From an uncultured Alphaproteobacteria bacterium (GTDB taxonomy: Bacteria > Pseudomonadota > Alphaproteobacteria > HIMB59 > GCA-002718135): a DNA stretch of 64,000 nt. Below the pieces are notes generated by a model that saw only the letters and a program-made list of their open reading frames with translations, made no database searches and was not told where the DNA came from. Shown in pieces: positions 29,575 to 39,113 of the stretch. The stretch covers positions 167,162-231,161 of the forward strand of contig CACKNC010000001.1 in assembly GCA_902601455.1 (NCBI GenBank), written 5' to 3'. Position 1 is the stretch's first letter, and each line of letters opens with the position of its first letter. The position numbers and the translations under genes were made by a program.

Positions 29575-30840
29575 ATGACTCGTTTTAATGCATGGAATGT
29601 ATTTAAAAATGGTTTCACCGGCCAAAAAAATTGGGATCGTCAATGGCGTGACCCAGTGCCAAAAAAAGAATATGACATAATAATAGTAGGAGGAGGCCTT
29701 CATGGCTTAGCCACTGCATATTACTTGGCAAAAAATCACAATAAAAAAAATATAGCAGTTTTAGAAAAAGGATGGATTGGTGGAGGAAATGCTGGAAGAA
29801 ATACAACGATAGTTCGTTCAAATTATATGATGCCTGGCAATCATGAATTTTATGAGCATTCATTAAAACTATGGGAAGATTTAAGTCATGATTTAAATTA
29901 TAATGTGATGTTCAGCCAGCGAGCACATGTCTCATTATTCCATAGTCCAAGTGCAAGAGATGGCGCAGCTCGAAGATACAATGTAATGCGTTTGCATGGA
30001 ACAGATGGAGAGTTGTGGGACTTGGATACTTTGAAAAATAATATACCTCATTTGAATTATGACAATGCACGCTTCCCTATTTTGGGGGCAGCAGTTCAAA
30101 AAAGAGCTGGTAATGCAAGACATGACTCAGCAGTATGGGGATATGCTAGAGCGGCTGATAGTTTAGGTGTAGATATTTTACAAAATTGTGAGGTCACTGG
30201 TGTTAAAAGATCACAAAATAATATTGAAAGTTTGGAAACTTCAAGAGGAACAATAAAAGCTAAGAAAGTTGGTTTTGCTGTAGCCGGATATACCTCAGTA
30301 TTATGGCAAATGGCTGGATTAGGAAACCTACCTATTGAGTCACATAAACTTCAAGCTTTTGTTACAGAGGCTATTAAACCTCTTTTAGATCATGTAGTTG
30401 TTTATGGTGTCGGAGGAGCGCACTTCTATATTTCTCAATCAGATAAAGGTAGTATGGTTTTTGGAGGAGATCTAGATTGGTACAAGTCATATGCTCAAAG
30501 AGGAAATTTACCAATCGTTCAAGACTCTGCTGAAGCTGCAATGGCTATCATGCCTTGCTTAGGTAGGATTCGTCTTTTACGTCACTGGGCTGGTGTAATG
30601 GATATGTCAATGGACGGTTCTTTTTTCATATGCAAAACCCCTCTATCAAATTTGTATCTCAACGCTGGTTGGAATTATGGAGGCTTTAAAGCAAGTCCTG
30701 CGTCTGGTTGGTATTTTGCCGATTTAATTGCAAATGAACAGCCTCATAGAAATGTTCAAAATCATAATTTAGAAAGATTTGAAAAAGGAATTAATATTGA
30801 CGAGCGTGGTGCTGGTCCAGACCCAAAGTTGCACGGTTGA
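29575..30840 (+). CDS. soxB: Heterotetrameric sarcosine oxidase/N-methylglutamate dehydrogenase beta subunit
   Basis: GGGLHGLATAYYLA, GGGNAGRNTTIVRSNY, ARHDSAVWGYARAA, GGFKASP. Confidence 0.88.
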   Translation: MTRFNAWNVFKNGFTGQKNWDRQWRDPVPKKEYDIIIVGGGLHGLATAYYLAKNHNKKNIAVLEKGWIGGGNAGRNTTIVRSNYMMPGNHEFYEHSLKLWEDLSHDLNYNVMFSQRAHVSLFHSPSARDGAARRYNVMRLHGTDGELWDLDTLKNNIPHLNYDNARFPILGAAVQKRAGNARHDSAVWGYARAADSLGVDILQNCEVTGVKRSQNNIESLETSRGTIKAKKVGFAVAGYTSVLWQMAGLGNLPIESHKLQAFVTEAIKPLLDHVVVYGVGGAHFYISQSDKGSMVFGGDLDWYKSYAQRGNLPIVQDSAEAAMAIMPCLGRIRLLRHWAGVMDMSMDGSFFICKTPLSNLYLNAGWNYGGFKASPASGWYFADLIANEQPHRNVQNHNLERFEKGINIDERGAGPDPKLHG

Positions 30841-30841
30841 T

Positions 30842-31126
30842 ATGATTAGAATTAAATGTCCATATTGTGGTGAGAGAGATCATAGTGAATTTACTTATGG
30901 AGGTGATGCCTCTGTAGAGTACCCAGCACTTGATGCATCTGTGTCAGATTGGACAAAGGCTATTTTTTTTCGCGAAAACATAAGAGGTAATCAAAAAGAA
31001 ACCTGGCATCATACAAATGGATGCAGACTGTGGTTAGAAGTCGAGAGATCTACAATCACTCATGAAATTAAAAGTGTAAAAGCTTGCCATCCACAAATTG
31101 ATAAAATAACAAAAAATAATTCATGA
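30842..31126 (+). CDS. soxD: Sarcosine oxidase/Mgd delta subunit
   Basis: MIRIKCPYCGERDHSEF, WHHTNGCRLWL Zn motif; start re-set to ATG at 30842. Confidence 0.9.
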   Translation: MIRIKCPYCGERDHSEFTYGGDASVEYPALDASVSDWTKAIFFRENIRGNQKETWHHTNGCRLWLEVERSTITHEIKSVKACHPQIDKITKNNS

Positions 31127-34080
31127 CATCGATAAGAATAAAAAATTATGGTAAAATTAATAAAGATAAAGTTATTAAATTTACTTGGGATAACAAAGAA
31201 TACTCTGGATATGAAGGTGACTCCTTAGCTTCTGCACTTTTAGCTAATGATATAAGAATAGTTGGTAGAAGTTTTAAATATCATCGTCCACGTGGTGTTA
31301 TGTCATGTGGAGTTGAAGAGTCAGGTGCTCTTGTAACTGTTGGATCTGGAAGTAAAAGAGACCCTAACGTTCGTGCAACTACGCAAGAGCTTTATTCAGG
31401 ATTAAATGCATCGGGACAAAATGCTTTCCCAAGTGTAAATTTTGATTTTGGTGGTATCAATAATTATTTAGGCCGCTTTTTTGCTGCTGGTTTTTATTAC
31501 AAAACTTTTATGGGTTTACCTCCATTTGAATGGGGTAAAGGTACTGGAATCTGGATGGTTTTTGAGAAAATTATTCGTAAAGCAGCAGGGATGGGTAAGG
31601 CCTCAAGAGAACCTGATCCAGATAGTTATGAACATGCTAATGATTTTTGTGATGTGCTTGTTGTTGGGTCTGGTCCTGCAGGTGTTGCTGCTGCACAAGA
31701 AGCAGCTAATCAAAATTTGAATGTTATTTTAATTGAACAAGATTCATTATTAGGAGGAAACAACTTAGCCGAAAAAGCATTTGACTCGAGTCTTTTGCAA
31801 AAACAGTTAGAGAGTAAGGGCATAAGAGTGATGTCTAGAACAACTGCATTTGGTGTTTATGATAACACTGTAGTTGGAGCATTAGAGAGAGTTACTGATC
31901 ATTTATCTAACCCAAATACTTTTTTACCACGTCAACGTTTTAGGACGATCAGAGCAAAATATATTATTTTAGCAAGTGGGGCTCTAGAGCGTCATATTGC
32001 TTTCAATAATAATGATATACCAGGTGTGATGACAGCAAATGCTTCAAGACAATATTTGAATAGATATGGAGTTCTAACTGGAAAAAAGATTGTTATTACA
32101 ACAAATAATGACTCTGTTTATCAAACAGCAATTGAACTTCATGAAGCTGGTTCAAAAGTGACAGTGTTAGACTCAAGAAAAAATATAAAAATCGACTTAC
32201 CTAAGGAGATAGAGATTCATTTGGAAACCTTACCTTTTAGTATTAATGGCAGTAGGAAAATTGAAAGTCTAGACGTTTGTAAGACTTCAGATAAAACTAA
32301 TAAAAATACAATTATTTGTGATCAGGTTCTGGTCTCTGGGGGTTGGTCACCAATAGTCAACCTAGTTTCTCATCGTGGAATAAAACCAGTGTGGAATGAA
32401 GAAAATCTTTGCTTTGTTCCAGGAGAAATTAAAGAAAATATTACAGTTGTTGGTTCAGCAAAAGGTATTTGGAATAATGAAGATTGTATACAATCTGGTA
32501 TTGTTGGAGCTAATGAAGCGATGAACTCACTTGGTGTTTCAAAAAAAACAATTTCTCATTTATCTGTTGGTGGTTGGTCAAATCCTATTAATGCTCTTTT
32601 TGAAGTTAAATCAAATAAATTTCCATCTAAAAGTTTTATTGATTTTCAGCATGATGTTACTGCTGAAGATGTAAGATTAGCTCACAGAGAAGGTTTCGTA
32701 TCTGTTGAACATTTAAAACGATATACAACTTTAGGTATGGCTAATGATCAAGGAAAGATGGGTAATATAATTGGCCTGTCACTAATGGCTGAACAACTGG
32801 ATAAAACTATACCAGAAGTTGGAACTACAGTTTTTCGACCACCATACACGCCTGTACCAATAGGTGCCTTGACTGGTAGAAATGTTGATAAGCATTTTAG
32901 GCCGTTACGAGTGACACCAATGCATCAATGGAATATTGATCATGGTGCCAAAATGATTGATGTGGGGCTGTACCAACGACCTTGGTACTATCCTAAAAAA
33001 AATGAAACTTTGAGTGATGCTTATATTAGAGAAGCTACAATTGTAAGAAAAACAGTTGGTATTTGTGATGTAACATCGTTAGGTAAAATTGCTATTCAGG
33101 GACCTGACGCAACTGAACTTGTAAACCGTATTTATACAAATCCCTTTGCTAAGCTTCCTATAGGTAAAGCACGTTATGGTATTATGCTACGAGATGATGG
33201 CATTGTAATGGATGATGGTACTTCATGGAGATTAGGTGAGAATGAATATTTTATGACAACATCAACCGCTGCTGCAGCTAAAGTAATGTCATGGTTAGAA
33301 GAATTATTGCAAACAAGATGGACAGATCTTAAAGTGAATGTAACAAGCGTATCTGAACAATGGGCAGGGGCAGCTATAGCAGGTCCTAAATCAAGGGATG
33401 TTTTAAATGAGTGTGTTCTTGATCCAAATAAAATTACAAATGAAAAATTACCTTTCATGGGCGTATTACAAACTAAACTTAAAGATGGTACACCTTGCAG
33501 AGTTGTTAGGATAAGCTTTTCAGGTGAGCTTGCTTATGAAATGTATATTGAGTCAGATTATGCTCATGGCATGATGGATATATTATGGGAAAACGCACAA
33601 AAGTATGAAGGCTGTTTGTATGGCTTAGAAGCTCTTGGTGCATTAAGAGTTGAGAAAGGTCATGTAACTGCAGCAGAGCTTGATGGAAGAGTAACAATTG
33701 ATGATGCAGGTTTGGGTAAAATGGCATCAACAAAAAAATCTTATATTGGAAGTGCTATGCGAAAAAGAGGAGTTATGGGTGCCGATGATAGAGATATGTT
33801 AGTTGGATTTTATCCTTTAAATGAAAAAGAAACTTTTAATGCTGGAACAATTGTTTGTGAAAAAAATAATATTCATGGTCAAGGAGTAGGGCGCATTACA
33901 TCTGTGACGCATTCTCCTGAGCTAGGACATTGGATTGGAATTGGGTTTGTTAAAGGAGGCCTTGAGAAATGGAAAGATGTTACATTAGTAGGCGCTGATC
34001 CTGTCAGAGATAAGCAAATGGAAATAAAAGTTGTTTCACCACATATGGTTGATCCAGAAGGTAAGAGAATGTATGCTTAA
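31123..34080 (+). CDS. soxA: Sarcosine oxidase/Mgd alpha subunit (Rossmann + GcvT-like folate domain)
   Basis: GDSLASALLAN, GRSFKYHRPRG, VEHLKRYTTLGMANDQGK, FRPPYTP, RISFSGELAYE, LRVEKGH. Confidence 0.92.
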   Translation: MTSIRIKNYGKINKDKVIKFTWDNKEYSGYEGDSLASALLANDIRIVGRSFKYHRPRGVMSCGVEESGALVTVGSGSKRDPNVRATTQELYSGLNASGQNAFPSVNFDFGGINNYLGRFFAAGFYYKTFMGLPPFEWGKGTGIWMVFEKIIRKAAGMGKASREPDPDSYEHANDFCDVLVVGSGPAGVAAAQEAANQNLNVILIEQDSLLGGNNLAEKAFDSSLLQKQLESKGIRVMSRTTAFGVYDNTVVGALERVTDHLSNPNTFLPRQRFRTIRAKYIILASGALERHIAFNNNDIPGVMTANASRQYLNRYGVLTGKKIVITTNNDSVYQTAIELHEAGSKVTVLDSRKNIKIDLPKEIEIHLETLPFSINGSRKIESLDVCKTSDKTNKNTIICDQVLVSGGWSPIVNLVSHRGIKPVWNEENLCFVPGEIKENITVVGSAKGIWNNEDCIQSGIVGANEAMNSLGVSKKTISHLSVGGWSNPINALFEVKSNKFPSKSFIDFQHDVTAEDVRLAHREGFVSVEHLKRYTTLGMANDQGKMGNIIGLSLMAEQLDKTIPEVGTTVFRPPYTPVPIGALTGRNVDKHFRPLRVTPMHQWNIDHGAKMIDVGLYQRPWYYPKKNETLSDAYIREATIVRKTVGICDVTSLGKIAIQGPDATELVNRIYTNPFAKLPIGKARYGIMLRDDGIVMDDGTSWRLGENEYFMTTSTAAAAKVMSWLEELLQTRWTDLKVNVTSVSEQWAGAAIAGPKSRDVLNECVLDPNKITNEKLPFMGVLQTKLKDGTPCRVVRISFSGELAYEMYIESDYAHGMMDILWENAQKYEGCLYGLEALGALRVEKGHVTAAELDGRVTIDDAGLGKMASTKKSYIGSAMRKRGVMGADDRDMLVGFYPLNEKETFNAGTIVCEKNNIHGQGVGRITSVTHSPELGHWIGIGFVKGGLEKWKDVTLVGADPVRDKQMEIKVVSPHMVDPEGKRMYA

Positions 34081-34633
34081 TAGAAATTCAGCAATTATAG
34101 AAAAGTATAATGTTGGTAAAAATCCTTTTGAAGATAATATTGAAATTATATTTTCTGAAGATCGCAATCTTATAATTCAACAAATTGCTGCATGGCCTGA
34201 TGAAATAACAAACATAGAAAAGTTTTTTTCTGATCAATTAGGAAGTCAGAAAAATATAGATTTTAATAGAGGGGAAATTTTAAAAAATAATTCACTTTGG
34301 AGAATGGAGCCTTCTAAATGGTGGTTATTAGGTGACACTATTAATTTACCAGAGAATTTAGGTACATCACTTGAGCTATCACACGCTTTCACTTCAATAT
34401 CAATTGAAGGAGATAAAACTGGCACATTACTCAATAGGCACTTACCTCTTGATTTACGATTAGATAATTTTCCTATAAATTCATCTGCAAGTTCTGCAAT
34501 TCATCATGTTAGTGTTAAACTTTTTAGAATTAGTGAAAAAGAATTCAAACTTTTTATTCCTAGAGGTTTTGCTCTATCTATCTGGGAAATATTACTTGAA
34601 ACAGCCTCTCAATTTGGATTTGAAATAAAATAG
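34073..34633 (+). CDS. soxG: Sarcosine oxidase/Mgd gamma subunit
   Basis: Position after soxA; PSKWWL, ELSHA, LPLDLR, PRGFALSIWEIL; start re-set to ATG at 34073. Confidence 0.8.
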   Translation: MLNRNSAIIEKYNVGKNPFEDNIEIIFSEDRNLIIQQIAAWPDEITNIEKFFSDQLGSQKNIDFNRGEILKNNSLWRMEPSKWWLLGDTINLPENLGTSLELSHAFTSISIEGDKTGTLLNRHLPLDLRLDNFPINSSASSAIHHVSVKLFRISEKEFKLFIPRGFALSIWEILLETASQFGFEIK

Positions 34634-34681
34634 CTTCAAAAGTTTATTGACTAATATACATGTGTTACTATTTGATAAATA

Positions 34682-35062
34682 ATGAGTAATTTAGTCGACC
34701 TTTTATCAAGAATTTTCCTTTCAGCCGTTTTTCTAGTAAATGGCATTGCTAAAACAAATAATATCGACGGAACAGCAGGTTGGATGGAAATGTACGGCTT
34801 ACCTGGATTTTTGATTTATCCTGCTATTATTCTTGAGTTGGTTGCACCTTTATTTATTATCATTGGTTTTTATGTAAAGCTTAGCTCTTTAGCATTAGGA
34901 TTTTTCTGTATTCTTACTGCTATTATTTTCCTAAGAGATCTATCTGACCCTATGACATTAACTAACTTTCTTAAAAACTTTGCAATGGCAGGTGGTTTTT
35001 TTATTCTTTATTTGAATGGCTCTAAAAAATTTAGTTTAGATTATTATCTCAGTCATAAATAA
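34682..35062 (+). CDS. DoxX-family membrane protein
   Basis: SRIFLSAVFLVNGIAK, GLPGFL, NFLKNFAMAGG, FSLD. Confidence 0.85.
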   Translation: MSNLVDLLSRIFLSAVFLVNGIAKTNNIDGTAGWMEMYGLPGFLIYPAIILELVAPLFIIIGFYVKLSSLALGFFCILTAIIFLRDLSDPMTLTNFLKNFAMAGGFFILYLNGSKKFSLDYYLSHK

Positions 35063-35064
35063 GT

Positions 35065-35487
35065 TTGTATATTTATATAATTAATTTTCTTGTTTCTATT
35101 CTAATGGGATCAATGATTTTTTTCACTACTGTTGTCTCACCTACAACTTTTCAAACTTTAAAAAACAAAGATAGTAGCAATTTTTTAAGAAGTATTTTTC
35201 CTAAATTGTTTTTATTTGGTTTTATTATTTCAATTCTCTCACTACTAATTTCTTTATTTATTAATAATTTAATTATTACCATCTTATTAACATTTGTGAC
35301 TTTATCTTTTCTTTATAATAGAAATTTTTTAACTCCATTAATAAATAAATTTAGAGATATGGAATTGACTGGAGATAAAGTTGCTAAAAAAAAATTTAAA
35401 TTAATGCACTTTCTATCTGTATTTTTGTTTATTGGGAATTTCTTATTATTATCTTGTATTCTGATAATAAATTATAATAATTTCTAA
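35065..35487 (+). CDS. Small membrane protein, DUF4149/TMEM205-like (TTG start)
   Basis: GSMIFFTTVVSPTTFQTL, FLRSIFPK, LTPLINKFRD, KKFKLMHFLSV. Confidence 0.7.
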   Translation: MYIYIINFLVSILMGSMIFFTTVVSPTTFQTLKNKDSSNFLRSIFPKLFLFGFIISILSLLISLFINNLIITILLTFVTLSFLYNRNFLTPLINKFRDMELTGDKVAKKKFKLMHFLSVFLFIGNFLLLSCILIINYNNF

Positions 35488-35529
35488 ACTTATTAGACAT
35501 TATTCTTTTTACATATTAAACAATTCCTT

Positions 35530-36702
35530 ATGATTTTTTCTAAAGAAGAATATTTATCAAGATTAGCAAAAGTTAAAAAAACAATGGATCAAAAAAATAT
35601 GGATGTAATCATTCTTACTGATCCATCAAACATGCATTATTTAACTGGATACGACGGTTGGTCTTTTTATGTCCCTCAAGGAATAATTGTGGCGTTAGAT
35701 ATGAATGAACCAATATGGTTTGGAAGAAGACAAGATTCTAAAGGAGCAAAAGTAACAACTTATCTTAAAGATAAAAATATTATTTTTTATCCTGAAGATC
35801 TTATTCAGTCACCACCAACACATCCCTATGATTTTGTTTCATCTTTTATTCATGAAAATAATTGGGCAAATAAAAATATCGGTGTTGAAATGGATGCATA
35901 TTACTACACTGCGGAAAATCATTATAGATTAACATCAACATGTCCTAATGTTAATTTTAGCGATGTAACACTATTAGTGAACTGGATAAGATTAATTAAG
36001 TCTGAAAATGAAATAAATTACATGAAGGAGGGAGCTAAACTTGTTGAGGTTGGAATGAAAACGGCATTTGATAATATAAAGTCCGGAGTTAAGCAGAGTT
36101 ATGTTGCTGGAAAAATTCAAAATAGTTTAATTGGTGGAAATGAAGAAATAAATATAGGTGGAGAATATGCAGGTCTAACCACTATTTTAGCAAGTGGAGT
36201 CTCTGCTTCAGCTTCACACTTAACACCCAAAGATAATTTATTTAATAATAATGAGGGAACTATCATCGAGCTAGCAGGAGTTAAAAATCGATATCACTGT
36301 CCTTTATCTAGAACTGTTTATTGCGGCAAGCCTGACTCAAAAACTTCAGATATTATGAAAATTACAAATGAAGGAGTAGAAAAAGCAATCTCTGTTACTA
36401 AGCCTGGCAATACTGCTAATGATGTTGCTATTGCATTTTGGTCAGTATTAGAAAAATATGGTATCGAAAAAGACTCGCGTCTTGGGTATGCTATAGGAGT
36501 TGGTTATCCTCCTGATTGGGGAGAACACACTATGTCTATCAGAAAAAATGATATGACGGTATTGCAACCCAATGTTACGTTTCATATGATTGCAGGAATG
36601 TGGATGGATACTTGGGGTTTGGAAGTAAGTGAGTCAATTAATGTTACAGAAAACGGATGTGAGCTTTTATGTAATTTATCAAGAGAACTTCATCTTGTTT
36701 AA
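35530..36702 (+). CDS. doeA: Ectoine hydrolase DoeA/EutD (M24 family)
   Basis: FSKEEYLSRL, DPSNMHYLTGYDGWSFYVPQ, LVNWIRLIKS, ASHLT, IELAG, RYHCPLSRT, SRLGYAIG, YPPDWGEHTMS. Confidence 0.9.
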   Translation: MIFSKEEYLSRLAKVKKTMDQKNMDVIILTDPSNMHYLTGYDGWSFYVPQGIIVALDMNEPIWFGRRQDSKGAKVTTYLKDKNIIFYPEDLIQSPPTHPYDFVSSFIHENNWANKNIGVEMDAYYYTAENHYRLTSTCPNVNFSDVTLLVNWIRLIKSENEINYMKEGAKLVEVGMKTAFDNIKSGVKQSYVAGKIQNSLIGGNEEINIGGEYAGLTTILASGVSASASHLTPKDNLFNNNEGTIIELAGVKNRYHCPLSRTVYCGKPDSKTSDIMKITNEGVEKAISVTKPGNTANDVAIAFWSVLEKYGIEKDSRLGYAIGVGYPPDWGEHTMSIRKNDMTVLQPNVTFHMIAGMWMDTWGLEVSESINVTENGCELLCNLSRELHLV

Positions 36703-36704
36703 AT

Positions 36705-37382
36705 TTAATCATTAGCATCGCCTCCACCAGCTCCTTTTTCTCTAGATTCTTCTGACTCAGGAACATAAGTTCTAAAAGCTAAATCAGAAATCTCATCCCA
36801 GCTAGACTGGTCTGGATTCAAACCATTTGATATGTTTGTGTTCAGAATATTATAATCAAAAGAGTCTATTTCTTTAGATATCTGGTACTCATTTGTAGAC
36901 ATGTTTAAAATAAAATTTGAACAATCATTATTTTTTATATCATCATGAATGAAAATCTTATTTTTACCTAAAACTGCATAAATTTTATTTTGATTAATGA
37001 TTTTTGAAAAAATATTTTTCTTAATAGCTCTATATAAAAGTGGGATCAAAAAAAGAGGATCAGAGCAATTTTGAAATTCTATATAAATCTCATTATTTTT
37101 TGCAGTATGAAAATTTAAAAAATCAATCAAACCTGGCCCAATCATGAGACATGATTTTTTCTCTAAATTAATTGTATTTGTTAATTTATTATTATCTAAA
37201 GCTCCATTAAAATTACTATCAATTTTTTTTTGAATACTAGAAAACAAATGAATGCCATCTAATTCGAATGCTTCTAACCAACTAATAATGTATGCTGCAT
37301 CTTCATCTGCGCCATATGGAAATCCAAGACCTGAAAATGCACGTTGAGCATTTGTAAAGACTTCATAATAGGAGTAACTCAC
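36705..37382 (-). CDS. DUF3726-like protein (GTG start)
   Basis: N-terminal SYYEV..AQRAFSGLGFPYGADEDAA and C-terminal LAFRTYVPESEESREKGAGGGDAND match the family pattern as recalled. Confidence 0.7.
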   Translation of the reverse strand: MSYSYYEVFTNAQRAFSGLGFPYGADEDAAYIISWLEAFELDGIHLFSSIQKKIDSNFNGALDNNKLTNTINLEKKSCLMIGPGLIDFLNFHTAKNNEIYIEFQNCSDPLFLIPLLYRAIKKNIFSKIINQNKIYAVLGKNKIFIHDDIKNNDCSNFILNMSTNEYQISKEIDSFDYNILNTNISNGLNPDQSSWDEISDLAFRTYVPESEESREKGAGGGDAND

Positions 37383-37385
37383 AAA

Positions 37386-39059
37386 TTAATTGTATGAATT
37401 CATCGTTGCAAAACCCCAACTATCAACGTTTTGCTCATTTAAATTTGACAAAAAAGGTGCTCCAGAAAAAAAACTGACGCGAAGCCATCTATCTGATTTT
37501 GGATCATATCTATTGGCACCAAAAAAAGATAATTTAAATCTGAGCATGTTAATTGGTATTGTTTCTTTTGATAAAATATTATCTTGAACTTCTGCAAATG
37601 GATATTGTTCAAGAGATTGAATTCTTCTTATAATGCCTCTAAATTTTGGGTTGAGAACTAAATATTCAGCAACTGACAAATTAAAATTTTCTTTTTGTAT
37701 TATGGAATGAAGTGTTTGAACCATTTTTGCAACACCAAGATTTTGCTCTAGTTCACTTCCTTCTTCATTATATCTTTCTCCCAATCTTGGCTCAAGTTTT
37801 GCGGCTGAGATATACCAAAATAAATAATCGTTATTTTTTTTTGAAAAATCAACTTCTAGAGCCCATTGATAATCTTTTTCAATAAGAGAATTTAACTCTT
37901 TTAAAGTTTGTGATTCATTTATTTTCATTTCTTCAACATCTGACATATCTTCAGCTAATTTTTCAGATTTTTCAGGATATAATTCTAACAACTGCACTCT
38001 AGCAATCTCCTGAGTATCGTAATTACATTCTTTAGTTGAAAATTTTATTATATCCATCCATGTTAAATCTTTTAATGCGTTACTTTGTAAATTTTTAATG
38101 TGATTGATATAATTATTTAAATCTTCAACTGTTTTTGTATTTTTTGTAATTTGATATTCATCAAATGTTGTCACTTCTTTCAAATAAAGGAGAGCTTTTT
38201 CAAGTAATTTTAAATAAGTAGTAATTTTTTTTGAGTCTACATTTTTATTTATTATTTTGTTTAAAGACTCTGTGTATTGGCTCATCCACTTGTTTATTAA
38301 TTTTGGGTGCTTAATTATAAAGGGGGCCATACCTAATCCTGTTGAATTACCAATACCTAAATGCTGTTTAATTTTATTCTCAAGCTTTACTGCTTTTGCA
38401 GGATTCTGTTTTTTTGCTACGTGCTCAACTAATTCAACACTAAATTCTCTAATAATATATACGGAAAGCATTTCCGCTCTAAACGGTTGATTAAAATCAG
38501 TAACCTCTTTTGTATTAGTAAAATCAGATAAGCCAAATTTTCCACTCCCATAGACAGCAGTTGTACGCAAAAGATAACCAACTTTATTTATTTCATTGAT
38601 ATCAGGTTGAAGTCCTTTAGATAAACAATCAGCTACATACTCGAATAAACGGACACTTTTATTCGCTCTACTCAAAATTAACTCTTTAGAAGAGTTACGT
38701 CCAGACTCTTGAAGAGGTACATTTTTTCTTAATCTATTAAGTTCTTTTTCATCTAACTTTCCATTGATTAAAGAGTAAGCTGTATCCCATTTTTCAGCAA
38801 TTACTCTATCACTTCTATCTTCGTTATCTAAATGTTGAGAGAAACATACAAGTGAATATATATTTTTATTAATAGTGATTTCATAAACGACTGTTCCATA
38901 ACCGTTATCATCAAGATCAAACTTTGATTTTGAAATTTTCCAGTTATCAAAAAATAATCTTCTCAGCATACTTCTAGAAAAGCTCAATCTAGATGGATAT
39001 CTCGAGCCCATCTTATCTAAGGTCATAATATCTGAGAAATTTAAGTTTTGTTGTAACAT
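37386..39059 (-). CDS. Conserved hypothetical protein (~557 aa), no recognisable domain
   Basis: Long ORF with motif-like blocks (RLSFSRSMLRR, DRSDRVIAEKWD, LSRANKSVRLF, GYLLRTTAVYGSGKFG, GIGNSTGLGMAPF, FWYISAAKLEPRLGER, FFGANRYDPKSDRWLRV); ATG at 39059 preferred over 39095. Confidence 0.8.
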   Translation of the reverse strand: MLQQNLNFSDIMTLDKMGSRYPSRLSFSRSMLRRLFFDNWKISKSKFDLDDNGYGTVVYEITINKNIYSLVCFSQHLDNEDRSDRVIAEKWDTAYSLINGKLDEKELNRLRKNVPLQESGRNSSKELILSRANKSVRLFEYVADCLSKGLQPDINEINKVGYLLRTTAVYGSGKFGLSDFTNTKEVTDFNQPFRAEMLSVYIIREFSVELVEHVAKKQNPAKAVKLENKIKQHLGIGNSTGLGMAPFIIKHPKLINKWMSQYTESLNKIINKNVDSKKITTYLKLLEKALLYLKEVTTFDEYQITKNTKTVEDLNNYINHIKNLQSNALKDLTWMDIIKFSTKECNYDTQEIARVQLLELYPEKSEKLAEDMSDVEEMKINESQTLKELNSLIEKDYQWALEVDFSKKNNDYLFWYISAAKLEPRLGERYNEEGSELEQNLGVAKMVQTLHSIIQKENFNLSVAEYLVLNPKFRGIIRRIQSLEQYPFAEVQDNILSKETIPINMLRFKLSFFGANRYDPKSDRWLRVSFFSGAPFLSNLNEQNVDSWGFATMNSYN

Positions 39060-39113
39060 ATACAAATATATATAGTGGATTATGATTTTTTTCACTATTA
39101 GAAGTTAAATAAT

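Noticed and set aside
30779-30841. N-terminal extensions of soxD (from 30779) and soxG (from 34031) in the ORF track
   Set aside because: They overlap upstream genes; family-typical starts are ATG 30842 and ATG 34073
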